Positions 55,656-64,000 of a stretch of DNA of 64,000 nt are shown piece after piece. Each line of letters begins with the position of its first letter. Within the stretch, counting starts at the first letter, position 1. Under the pieces are notes generated by a model. The model saw nothing but the letters and a program-made list of their open reading frames with translations. It did no database searches and was not told where the DNA came from. The stretch is from the NCBI GenBank assembly GCA_963827655.1, contig CAWHCF010000038.1, positions 1 through 64,000 on the forward strand. Direction: 5' to 3'. The DNA comes from an uncultured Acidobacteriota bacterium. GTDB taxonomy: Bacteria > Acidobacteriota > UBA6911. A program made the position numbers and the translations under genes.

Positions 55656-56585
55656 TCATCTCAACGCCCACTTCGGATACGCTACCTGCCCCGGGACGGC
55701 GACGCGCGTGGTATACAGCGTCTTGCCTGCGGTGATGTAGATCGTGCGTCCGTCGTGCCCGCCGAAGGCCAGGTTTGTGATCAGATCTTCGTGGACCGGA
55801 ATCCGCCCCAGGAATTTTCCTTCGGGCGACATTATGTAGACGGCTGGAGGCACATCCCTGGTTTCCCAGGCATGGCGCGGCTCCATGACGCCGGCGGCCA
55901 GATAGAGATTGCCTTCGATATCCAGACGCATTCCGTCAGCGCCGCGGCCAGGGGCGAAGTCATGGACGAGTCGCTGGTTGAAGGGGTTGCCACCGTCGTC
56001 CAGTTCGAAGGCCCAGATCTTGCGGCCGCCCCCCTTCAGGGGGGAACTATCCACGAGGTACAGCCGGCGTGAATCCTGGGTGACGGCAATGCCATTCGGT
56101 CGATCGATTGCAGGTTGGGCCAGGATGCGGCGCACGCTTCCATCGGTGTCGATGCGATAGACTCCTTCGATCTCCATTTCCATCGTGGAACGGTCGCCAT
56201 AACAAGGGTCGGTGAAGTAGGCTCGGCCGCGCCCATCGATGCAGATGTCGTTGGGCGAGTTGTAGCGGACGCCGTCGTAACGCTCGGTCAGGATTTCATA
56301 GACGCCGGTCGCCAGGTTTGTCCGGGTCACGCGCCGGCCGCCGCCAGGACCGAATTCGCTCCCTTCGCAGTGATAGAGCCGGCCCTGCTGATCGAATGTC
56401 TGACCGTTGGTTCGGAACGAAGGCTCGCGAAATACAGACCGCGTGCCATCGGGCGCGAGCTTCATGATGCGATTGTTGATGATGTCGGAGAAATAGACAT
56501 TCCCTGAGGCATCGACTGCAGGCCCTTCAGTGAATGCCACGAGCGTGGCCGGCTTGACGCCGGCGGTTTCGACTTCCGCGGGCAA
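55656..56585 (-). CDS. SMP-30/gluconolactonase family protein
   Basis: FTEGP, YFSDI, NSPND, YFTDP, PNGIA, DGMRLD, TNLAFGG. Confidence 0.88.
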   Translation of the reverse strand: MPAEVETAGVKPATLVAFTEGPAVDASGNVYFSDIINNRIMKLAPDGTRSVFREPSFRTNGQTFDQQGRLYHCEGSEFGPGGGRRVTRTNLATGVYEILTERYDGVRYNSPNDICIDGRGRAYFTDPCYGDRSTMEMEIEGVYRIDTDGSVRRILAQPAIDRPNGIAVTQDSRRLYLVDSSPLKGGGRKIWAFELDDGGNPFNQRLVHDFAPGRGADGMRLDIEGNLYLAAGVMEPRHAWETRDVPPAVYIMSPEGKFLGRIPVHEDLITNLAFGGHDGRTIYITAGKTLYTTRVAVPGQVAYPKWALR

Positions 56586-56701
56586 TGGCAGCGTTTTGTA
56601 GGATTTTTTTTCCCAATCGATCTCCTTCCCTTCCTTGCAAAGATTCTTGGTGTTTCTTCGCGTCTTCGTGTCCTGGTGGTATTTTGTTTCGGAGCGCTAA
56701 G

Positions 56702-57961
56702 TTACGGCTTGGTCGCGGAAACGACGGGTTGGCCCCCGACGGCCTCAACCTTCTTCGGCAGGGCCATCGACTTCAGGATCAGGGCCATGACAGCCGAAAT
56801 TAAGGCCAGGCCCGCGCTTCCATAGAAAGCCGCAGTCCAGCTTCCGAACCTTTCGAACAGGAGGGCGGCCACGCCGCCGGCAATGATGGATGCGACGCCT
56901 TTGGCGCTGTATAGAAAGGCGTAGTTGGAAGTGGCGTGGCGCGTTCCGAAGTAGTCCCCCGACGTGGCGGGGAACAAGGAAAAGATCTCGCCCCAGGTGA
57001 AAAACGTCAGCACCAGCGTGATCGCGAACCAGGTTCCGGAAAGACGGCCCAGCGTCAGGATTGCCAGCAGGCAGGCTGCCTGAAGCGCAAAAGCGACCAC
57101 CATGGTTGTCTCGCGTCCAATCCGGTCAGAAATCCAGCCCCAGAAGATGCGGCTCGCGCCGTTGGCGATTGGATTCAGAGCCGTCGCGACCGTCAGGGCT
57201 GTGATCGTAATGTTCCACGAAAGCGCGATAGGACCGGCATGCGCGGTGACAAGCAGGCCGCCTGTCGCCATCAGCACGAACATCGCATAGAGCATGTAAA
57301 AGTGCGGTGTCCGCAGCATCTCCGCGCTGGTAAATTCCTGGACGTCCCGCACACCTTGCCGCGACGCATCTTTCTTCGAGGGCCGGAAGTCCGGTCCCGG
57401 AAGCCTCAGGAACTGGGCGGCAATGACGATCAACAGGCCCTGAAAGATGCCGGTCCAGAGAAATGCCGTGCGATAGTCGTACTGCCGGATCAAGTAGGCG
57501 ATGACGGGCACGAATAACGCCGTGCCGGAACCGAATCCGGCGGCAATTATGCCCGATGCCAGTCCGCGCCGCTCGGGAAACCACTTCAACGCCAATCCAA
57601 TACAGCTGTTATAAACAAAAGCCGCGCCAACGCCGGCGAGGCTGTAGAAAACATAGAGTTCCATCGGGGACCGCACATACCCGAGCCAGGACCAGCCCAC
57701 ACCGCACAGGATTCCGGCGATGGTGATGAAATAGCGCGGCCCCATCCGGTCGATCAACCATCCCTGCAGCGGTTGGACCCAGGTCTGAAAGATAACAAAA
57801 AGAGTGAATGCCCACTGGATTTCGGACAGTTTCCATGAAGTGGCTTCCTGAATCGGGCGGACGAACAGGGTCCAGGCGTATTGCAGGTTGGCGATCATCA
57901 CCATCGCGATAAGCGAAGCCACGAGCTGAAACCATGGTCTGTTCACAGCCGGCTGGGCCAT
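56702..57961 (-). CDS. oxlT: Oxalate/formate antiporter (OFA-family MFS)
   Basis: WFQLVASLIAMVMIANLQYAWTLFV, LKWFPERRGLASG, WGEIFSLFP, LYSAKG. Confidence 0.85.
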   Translation of the reverse strand: MAQPAVNRPWFQLVASLIAMVMIANLQYAWTLFVRPIQEATSWKLSEIQWAFTLFVIFQTWVQPLQGWLIDRMGPRYFITIAGILCGVGWSWLGYVRSPMELYVFYSLAGVGAAFVYNSCIGLALKWFPERRGLASGIIAAGFGSGTALFVPVIAYLIRQYDYRTAFLWTGIFQGLLIVIAAQFLRLPGPDFRPSKKDASRQGVRDVQEFTSAEMLRTPHFYMLYAMFVLMATGGLLVTAHAGPIALSWNITITALTVATALNPIANGASRIFWGWISDRIGRETTMVVAFALQAACLLAILTLGRLSGTWFAITLVLTFFTWGEIFSLFPATSGDYFGTRHATSNYAFLYSAKGVASIIAGGVAALLFERFGSWTAAFYGSAGLALISAVMALILKSMALPKKVEAVGGQPVVSATKP

Positions 57962-58035
57962 TCTGCCTCGAAGTTCGTCACGACTGGCGAACAAGGTCCC
58001 CGGGAAGAGGACCAGTCGCGGATTTTCTTGGGTGT

Positions 58036-59529
58036 CTATTGCTTCCTTGTTTTTTCCGCTACCACGCGGCGTTGTATTTTGCCGGTCGAGGTTCGCGGTA
58101 TGGCCTCGACGATGGAGATCGTCTTGGGACATTTGAAGTCGGCGAGGGAGGACTTGCAAAAGGCGATCAATTCCTTCTCGGTAGCCGGCGCGCGCAGGAC
58201 CACGGCGGCCGCGACCTCTTCGCCGTAGACGCGATCCGGAATCCCGAAGCCGACTGCTTCCGCCACGGCAGGGTGCGACAGCAGGACTTCATCGATCTCG
58301 CGGGGCGAGATCTTCTCTCCTCCCCGGTTGATCAGCTCCTTGATCCGTCCTACGAGGGTAATGTAGCCGTCGTGGTCGAAAAGGCCTTCGTCTCCGGTGC
58401 GAAACCATCCGCGAGTGAAAGAGGTCTGGTTAGCCTCAGGATTGTTTTCGTAACCGCGAATCACGTTAGGCCCCTGGATCGATACCTCGCCCTTCACGCC
58501 GGCGGGCAGCTCATTTCCATGCTCGTCCAGTACCGTGACGCGCACTCCGGTCCCGACCCCCACTGACCCCGGCTTTCGGATGCCGGGCGGGAGCGGATTC
58601 GAAGACATCTGGTGCGCGGCCTCCGTCATCCCGTAAGCCTCGAGCACCGGGGCGCCGAACTTCGATTCCAGCTCTTCCATGGTCTTCGGCGCCAGGGCTG
58701 CGCTGCACGAGCGAATGAAGCGCAGGTTCTCGGCCCCTTTTGGTTTCTCGGTTCCCCGGGCGCGAGCAAGCAGCATCTGGTGGAGCGTGGGAACGGCGGA
58801 GTACCAGGTTACCTTGTGAGTGTCGACCGTGGTCCAGAACGAAAGCGGATTGATTTGAGGCACCACGACGATCGTCCCGCCCGTATAGAGGGTAGCAAGG
58901 GTCGAGGCGACCAGGCCGTGCACATGAAACAGCGGCATGACGCAGAAAGAGACATCTTCCGCGGTCAGCTGGTAGGTCTCGGCGACGTTACGAGTCGAGG
59001 TCATCAGGTTCGTGTGCGAAAGGGGCACACGCTTGGGACGGCTGGTCGTGCCGCTGGTATGAAGAACCAGGGCGATATCGTCTTTTTCGGGAAGGGCCGT
59101 CGCCGTCTCGGCGGCCGCGGAACCCTGCCAGGAGACCTGGATCCGCCCGCGGTCATCGAGTCCGATCTCGATCAGGCGGATGCGATCGCCTGCCGCCAGC
59201 CGCGCCTGTTCCGCTCCGCCCTTGGGCACGATCAACGCGGCGGCATTGGTGTCTTCCAGATAGAACCTGAACTCTTCGACTTTGTACGCCGGATTAAGCG
59301 GTGCGGCCGTCCCGGCGATCGACGCGGCAAGAAACGAGACGATCACCTCGACGCCGTTGGGCAACGCCATGGCGATGCGGTCGGTGCGCTGGATTCCGAG
59401 TTTGCGGAAAACAGAGACCAGCGAGTCGACTTCGCTTCTGAGCTGTTCGTAGGACAGCGCCCGGCCCTCGCCGGCAACAATGATGGCGGTGTGGGAAGGG
59501 GCCCCACGCTCGAGCAGTTCCCGAATCAT
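58036..59529 (-). CDS. Acyl-CoA synthetase, oxalate-CoA ligase-like
   Basis: LHTSGTTSRPKRVPL, PLFHVHGL, RFIRSCSA, EAYGMTEAAHQMSSNPLPP, GGEKISPREID; upstream of oxlT. Confidence 0.85.
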   Translation of the reverse strand: MIRELLERGAPSHTAIIVAGEGRALSYEQLRSEVDSLVSVFRKLGIQRTDRIAMALPNGVEVIVSFLAASIAGTAAPLNPAYKVEEFRFYLEDTNAAALIVPKGGAEQARLAAGDRIRLIEIGLDDRGRIQVSWQGSAAAETATALPEKDDIALVLHTSGTTSRPKRVPLSHTNLMTSTRNVAETYQLTAEDVSFCVMPLFHVHGLVASTLATLYTGGTIVVVPQINPLSFWTTVDTHKVTWYSAVPTLHQMLLARARGTEKPKGAENLRFIRSCSAALAPKTMEELESKFGAPVLEAYGMTEAAHQMSSNPLPPGIRKPGSVGVGTGVRVTVLDEHGNELPAGVKGEVSIQGPNVIRGYENNPEANQTSFTRGWFRTGDEGLFDHDGYITLVGRIKELINRGGEKISPREIDEVLLSHPAVAEAVGFGIPDRVYGEEVAAAVVLRAPATEKELIAFCKSSLADFKCPKTISIVEAIPRTSTGKIQRRVVAEKTRKQ

Positions 59530-59860
59530 GACATCCTCCGGCGGTGAAGGATTGTACTATGTCGATTCTCGTCGATGAAATCAAGACAACAACACCGGTG
59601 GATGCTGACGTTCTTCGAAAGGGATTGTAACGGCGCAATCCGCTGCTGGCGCGATTATTCGTGGGCCGAATTGATGCGGCGATTCTTGTGCCGGCTGTGC
59701 CGGTTCTTTTGGGAGTTTCTCACAGGCAGCTCAAGAGAACGCCAACTCGCGGGTCTATGCCGGAATCCATATGGTCTAAGGCTAGGTGAAAAGATTCAAG
59801 CCCGGTCCATAGACGGCTATGCTTGTCCGGCAGGGCGATCTCTGACAATATGGCTCAACC

Positions 59861-60862
59861 ATGAAACTGGTCATTCATCCACCTGTTGAGCCGGAACGGC
59901 TCGGCAAGATTCAGGCAGCGGCCGGAGCCATGTCGGTCGTCAACGCAGTTGACGAAGCGGAGGCCAGGATCGCCATCGCTGATGCAGACGCGTTCTTCGG
60001 CAAACTGACCCCGCCGCTCCTGGCGGCGGCCGGGCGGCTCCGCTGGGTCCAATCGCCCACGGCGAGCCTCGAGCACTACCTCTTTCCGGCGCTGATCGAT
60101 CACCCGTGCGTGTTGACGAACATGCGCGGCTTATTCTCGGATGTGATTGCCGATCAGGTGTACGGCTACATTCTTTGCTTCGCCAGGAACCTGCACCTTT
60201 ACGTTCGCAACCAGTCGGCTGCCCGCTGGGAACCTGTCGGCGGCGAGTCCGAGCGGCAGAGTTTCGCGTCGGGTCCAGGCCAGGTGGGCGGCATCGACCG
60301 CGCCCATCGCCAATTAACCGGCGCGACGCTTGGGATCATCGGTCTGGGGAGCATCGGGGGTGAAGTTGCGCGGCGAGCGCCGGTCTTCGGCATGCGAGTC
60401 ATTGCGGTAGATCCGGTTCGAGTCGACAAACCGGCAGGCGTCGCCGAACTCTGGCATGCCGAACGGCTCCCTGATCTCCTCAAGGAAAGCGACTACGTAG
60501 TCATAGCCGCCCCCCACACACCGGCTACCGAAAGACTGTTGCGGCGGCCGCAATTTCAGCAGATGAAGACTACCGGCTATCTGATCAACATCGGGCGCGG
60601 AGCCATCGTGGATCTCGCTGATCTCACCGCGGCGCTCCGCGCCGGTGAGCTGGCCGGCGCCGGGCTTGACGTGTTCGAGCAGGAACCGTTGCCGGCCGAT
60701 CATCCTCTGTGGAAGATGGAAAACGTAATCATCACGCCCCACGTAGCCGGGTTCTCGCCGCTCATCGCCGAACGTCATCTGGCCGTCTTGCTCGAGAACA
60801 TCGGCCGCTTTGTTCGCCGCGAACCGCTGGCAAACGTGGTGAACAAGTCAATGTGGTTCTGA
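59861..60862 (+). CDS. D-2-hydroxyacid dehydrogenase
   Basis: GIIGLGSIG, LINIGRG, GLDVFEQEPL, ITPHVAG. Confidence 0.9.
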   Translation: MKLVIHPPVEPERLGKIQAAAGAMSVVNAVDEAEARIAIADADAFFGKLTPPLLAAAGRLRWVQSPTASLEHYLFPALIDHPCVLTNMRGLFSDVIADQVYGYILCFARNLHLYVRNQSAARWEPVGGESERQSFASGPGQVGGIDRAHRQLTGATLGIIGLGSIGGEVARRAPVFGMRVIAVDPVRVDKPAGVAELWHAERLPDLLKESDYVVIAAPHTPATERLLRRPQFQQMKTTGYLINIGRGAIVDLADLTAALRAGELAGAGLDVFEQEPLPADHPLWKMENVIITPHVAGFSPLIAERHLAVLLENIGRFVRREPLANVVNKSMWF

Positions 60863-60951
60863 TCTTCGCACTAACCACAAAGACTCCAAGACACCAAGAA
60901 ACGCGAAGCATCTTTCACTTCCGGGATATATAATTCTCTCACTTACAGCCT

Positions 60952-61788
60952 ATGAGCCGCTTGAAACATCCTGGCGAAGCTTCTCGGGGCCTGTTCTCAC
61001 CCGAAGACTGTTTTTGGAGAGTGAATCGCGAACTGTTGGTGAACCTTGCCGGATCGCGAGCCTTGATGATGGAGTTGGCTCACCCGCTGGTTGCCGCGGG
61101 AGTGGCCGACCACAGTAATTTCCGGAGCCGGCCTCTCGGAAGGCTCTATCGCACGGCCCGTGCCATGACGGACATCACTTTCGGCACGACAAATGCCGTG
61201 CACCTCGCGGCCCGCCATATCAATCATTGCCACAAGCGCGTTCACGGGATCCTGGCCAAGGATGCAGCGCCGTTTCGCGGGGGAACTCAGTATCGCGCGA
61301 ACGAACCGGCCCTGAAGCTGTGGGTTCTCGCGACACTGATCGATTCGATTCCGCTGGTCTACGACCTTTTCGTGAGGCCTCTCTCCCTGGTCGAAAGAGA
61401 AGGCTACTACCAGGATAGCCGTCTGCTCGCTCCGCTGCTTGGCATTCCGGGTGATATGATGCCGGCGACTTACGCCGGCTTTACTTCCTACATGGAGGAA
61501 ATGCTCAACAGCGAGCTGCTCACGGTCGGTGATACGGCTCGGGAGTTAGTGAGGGCGCTCTTCGCGGGCCCCGTGATCGGGACCGTGACTCTTGCCGCGA
61601 GTGTCGTCGGGATAGGCTTGCTTCCCGAGCGGTTGCGCCGGGCGTACAACTTTCCCTGGGATGACCGGCGAGATCGAGTTCTACGCGGCGTCGCAGGATG
61701 GTCTCGACGAATCCGGCCGCTCGTGCCGAGCGTGATCTGCATAAGTCCGAGGGCCTGGATCGCCGAACATCTTTCGATTGACGATTGA
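60952..61788 (+). CDS. Oxygenase MpaB / DUF2236 family protein
   Basis: RALMMELAHPLVAAGVADHS.F...P.GRL.RT, YRA.EP.L.LWV.ATL, GLLPERLR. Confidence 0.85.
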   Translation: MSRLKHPGEASRGLFSPEDCFWRVNRELLVNLAGSRALMMELAHPLVAAGVADHSNFRSRPLGRLYRTARAMTDITFGTTNAVHLAARHINHCHKRVHGILAKDAAPFRGGTQYRANEPALKLWVLATLIDSIPLVYDLFVRPLSLVEREGYYQDSRLLAPLLGIPGDMMPATYAGFTSYMEEMLNSELLTVGDTARELVRALFAGPVIGTVTLAASVVGIGLLPERLRRAYNFPWDDRRDRVLRGVAGWSRRIRPLVPSVICISPRAWIAEHLSIDD

Positions 61789-61853
61789 CGATTGACGATT
61801 GACGATTGCCGCGGAGTGGTTTTTAAATCGTCAATCGTCAATCGTCAATCGTA
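61776..61853. repeat. Inverted heptamer arrays (GATTGAC)n / (AATCGTC)n
   Basis: gattgacgattgacgattgacgattgacgattg ... aatcgtcaatcgtcaatcgtcaatcgt. Confidence 0.85.
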
Positions 61854-61873
61854 AATTGATAAGACGGAGACGG

Positions 61874-63034
61874 ATGGAGCACATCTACCTTGATTACAAT
61901 GCCAGCACTCCGCTGGCCCCCGAAGTCATCGAGGCCATGCGGCCGTTCTTGACCGAGGATTTCGGCAATCCTTCCAGCAGTCACTGGGCCGGGAAGCGGG
62001 CGCGCGAGGCGGTCGAGACGGCGCGCGCAGAAGTCGCCGCGCTGGTGGGTGCGAAACCAGCCGAGATCATCTTTACCAGCGGCGGAAGCGAAGCCAACAA
62101 CCATGCCCTTAAGGGAATCTTCTTCGCGAGCCGTCGCCGGACGCCGCACATCATCACCACTTGCATCGAACACCCCGCCGTGCTCGAGCCCTGCAGGTTT
62201 CTCGAGAGACTGGGCGCCCGCGTGAATCGTATTCCGGTCGATCGCGCGGGACTGGTGGATCCTGACGACGTTCGCCGGGCCATAACGCCAGACACAATCC
62301 TCGTCAGCGTGATGCACGCAAACAATGAGGTCGGAACGATCGAACCTATCGCCTCTATTTCCCAGCTGACCAGAGAGCGCGATATTCCGTTTCACACCGA
62401 TGCAGCCCAGTCCGCAGGCAAGACGCCGTTGGACGTAAACCAGCTCGGTGTGGACCTGCTTTCAGTGGCCGGACACAAGCTTTACGCGCCCAAAGGCGTC
62501 GGGGCTCTGTACGTGCGCGAGGGAGTCGCCCTGGAATCTCTGGTTCACGGCGCCGGACACGAGTCAGGCCGCCGCGCCGGGACGGAAAATGTCCTCCTCA
62601 ATATCGCGCTGGGCGCCGCGTGCCGGCTGGCCAGGCTCGATCCGTGCGCCGCGCGGCTGCTGGAACTCCGGGACCGGTTCTGGCAGCGCCTTCAGGACGC
62701 GTTCGGCGCCGATGTTGTGTTGAACGGCCATCCGACCGAACGATTGCCCAACACGCTCAATGTGAGTTTCCCGGGTTACTCGGCTCAGCAAATCCTGGAA
62801 CATCTGCCCTGGGTAGCGGCCTCAACCGGTTCCGCCTGTCACGCGGCTTCGCCCACGATGTCGCCGGTTCTGAACGCGATGGGACTGGAGCCGCGAGTCG
62901 GGCTCGGCGCCATTCGTTTCAGCGTTGGCCGAATGACCGATTCCAGCCAGATCGATTCCGTCGCGGAGTCGCTGAAGCAGATCATCAATACCCTCCCCTG
63001 TCGACAAGTCCGCCTTTCAAAGCGAGTGCGCTAG
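61874..63034 (+). CDS. Cysteine desulfurase (IscS/NifS class V aminotransferase)
   Basis: IYLDYNASTP, GNPSS, FTSGGSEAN, MHANNEVG, HTDAAQ, GHKLYAPKG, STGSACH. Confidence 0.92.
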   Translation: MEHIYLDYNASTPLAPEVIEAMRPFLTEDFGNPSSSHWAGKRAREAVETARAEVAALVGAKPAEIIFTSGGSEANNHALKGIFFASRRRTPHIITTCIEHPAVLEPCRFLERLGARVNRIPVDRAGLVDPDDVRRAITPDTILVSVMHANNEVGTIEPIASISQLTRERDIPFHTDAAQSAGKTPLDVNQLGVDLLSVAGHKLYAPKGVGALYVREGVALESLVHGAGHESGRRAGTENVLLNIALGAACRLARLDPCAARLLELRDRFWQRLQDAFGADVVLNGHPTERLPNTLNVSFPGYSAQQILEHLPWVAASTGSACHAASPTMSPVLNAMGLEPRVGLGAIRFSVGRMTDSSQIDSVAESLKQIINTLPCRQVRLSKRVR

Positions 63035-63070
63035 AATCCAGGAAGACAAGAAACGGCGAGGAGATGGGAC

Positions 63071-63496
63071 ATGAGTGTTTCCTTGATCAACAAAGATATA
63101 GCGGGCTGGCGCGTGCAGACCAACGAAACGCTCCGCTTCCATACTTTGGAACCCTCGGGCCCCGAGGGTTTCCGGCACTTCCAGGTTCCTGAAGGCACGC
63201 TGGGGACCCCTACCGGAGAGGTTAACATCTACTACGCCGGTTCCAACGAGGAAGCGTGCAAGGCCCTGGCGCTTGACACCGCCCGCCTGAAGAAGCTGCT
63301 CGAGCACCCTGAGCTCTTTGCTCCAGTGCGGAATGCCTCGAACTACTGGGAAGCCGTGAAGAAACTGACGGGAGACGAGGCCCTGGCGGCATGCATATCG
63401 TTCAATGTCGTCTGGGATAATATTCCAAAGAATCAAGGCGGAAACGGGAAGTTCCTTTCCTACCTTCCCTGGCTGAAACTGGCCGGTGGAAAATGA
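63071..63496 (+). CDS. Hypothetical protein
   Basis: GAGGAG RBS, 141-aa ORF with protein-like composition; no motif recognised. Confidence 0.6.
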   Translation: MSVSLINKDIAGWRVQTNETLRFHTLEPSGPEGFRHFQVPEGTLGTPTGEVNIYYAGSNEEACKALALDTARLKKLLEHPELFAPVRNASNYWEAVKKLTGDEALAACISFNVVWDNIPKNQGGNGKFLSYLPWLKLAGGK

Positions 63497-63507
63497 CTCT
63501 GAAGAGG

Positions 63508-63594
63508 ATTACGATTGACGATTTACGATTGACGATTGAAACTCCAAGTCTACGATTAACCGCCAATTTAAAATCGTCAATCGTCAATCGTCAA
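63508..63594. repeat. Inverted heptamer arrays
   Basis: attacgattgacgatttacgattgacgattg ... aatcgtcaatcgtcaatcgtcaat. Confidence 0.85.
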
Positions 63595-63619
63595 TGTCTG
63601 CCAGAGGAGAATAAAACTC

Positions 63620-64000
63620 ATGAAATGGATAGTGCTGGTGTGCTTCACTCTTACGGGATACGCCCAAACGATGCCGGAGCCAAGCAAGAGCCGAATCGTG
63701 GACCTGACTGTAACAACCAGCGAAACGCTGCCGGCAAACTGGGCGGATATGCCCAGGTTCCAGCGCTGGACATACAACTGGTTTACGCCGCTCAAGAACG
63801 CGTATGGCGAGGTCATTTCGCCCAGCGAAGGCCCTTACTACGGCCAGCGTTATGTCATCGACGAGCATACCGGCACGCAAGTCGATTTTCCTGCGCACTT
63901 CATACCGCCGTCCGACAGCAAGCTGCCATTCGCCGGCGAACAAGGCAGAGTGACGGGAGACAAGTACCCACTCGAGCGATTAATGGGTTTCGCCGTCGTT
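63620..64000 (+). CDS. Secreted cyclase-family (kynurenine formamidase-like) protein, truncated by the window end
   Basis: GAGGAG RBS; MKWIVLVCFTL signal; RIVDLT; EHTGTQVDFPAHF. Confidence 0.75.
   Translation, partial: MKWIVLVCFTLTGYAQTMPEPSKSRIVDLTVTTSETLPANWADMPRFQRWTYNWFTPLKNAYGEVISPSEGPYYGQRYVIDEHTGTQVDFPAHFIPPSDSKLPFAGEQGRVTGDKYPLERLMGFAVV

Noticed and set aside
61874-63034. Selenocysteine lyase dedicated to the two selenoproteins
   Set aside because: The sequence alone cannot separate it from ordinary IscS/NifS enzymes, and it is far from both genes.
1-64000. tRNA, rRNA, intact transposase, integrase or prophage genes
   Set aside because: None recognised by eye; a covariance-model scan would be needed to exclude small RNAs.

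Overview
GC-rich bacterial DNA, most likely Acidobacteriota (tail of an ADOP-type duplicated ABC permease, acidobacterial-style TonB receptor tail, Ser/Thr kinase-ATPase-TPR protein, many secreted hydrolases). Many single-base indels break otherwise intact genes such as pcrA/uvrD, galM and the GH51 gene, which looks like long-read sequencing error. Ordinary content includes moaC/moeA, glmS, pcrA, carbohydrate/sulfate hydrolases, an oxalate uptake/activation pair and a cysteine desulfurase. The main candidate for an undescribed system is a minus-strand operon at about 16.85-21.39 kb. It encodes (i) a precursor peptide built from six tandem ~30-aa units (acidic EIELSIEELEEVIAPG leader-like block, variable xxx-NHNE core, last unit ending GVATSPG) followed by a hairpin, (ii) a TPR-only protein, and (iii) a fused PqqD/RRE-like + site-2 (M50) protease + HlyD-type adaptor protein, with no recognisable tailoring enzyme in the operon. 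Also notable are two UGA-recoded selenoprotein candidates missed by the ORF track (a UxxC glutaredoxin and a CUAEP-tail radical SAM enzyme, each with a SECIS-like hairpin), a MITE with an 8-bp target duplication inserted into a REP palindrome, several REP-like repeat families, and orphan 3' gene tails. No rRNA, tRNA or CRISPR array was recognised.
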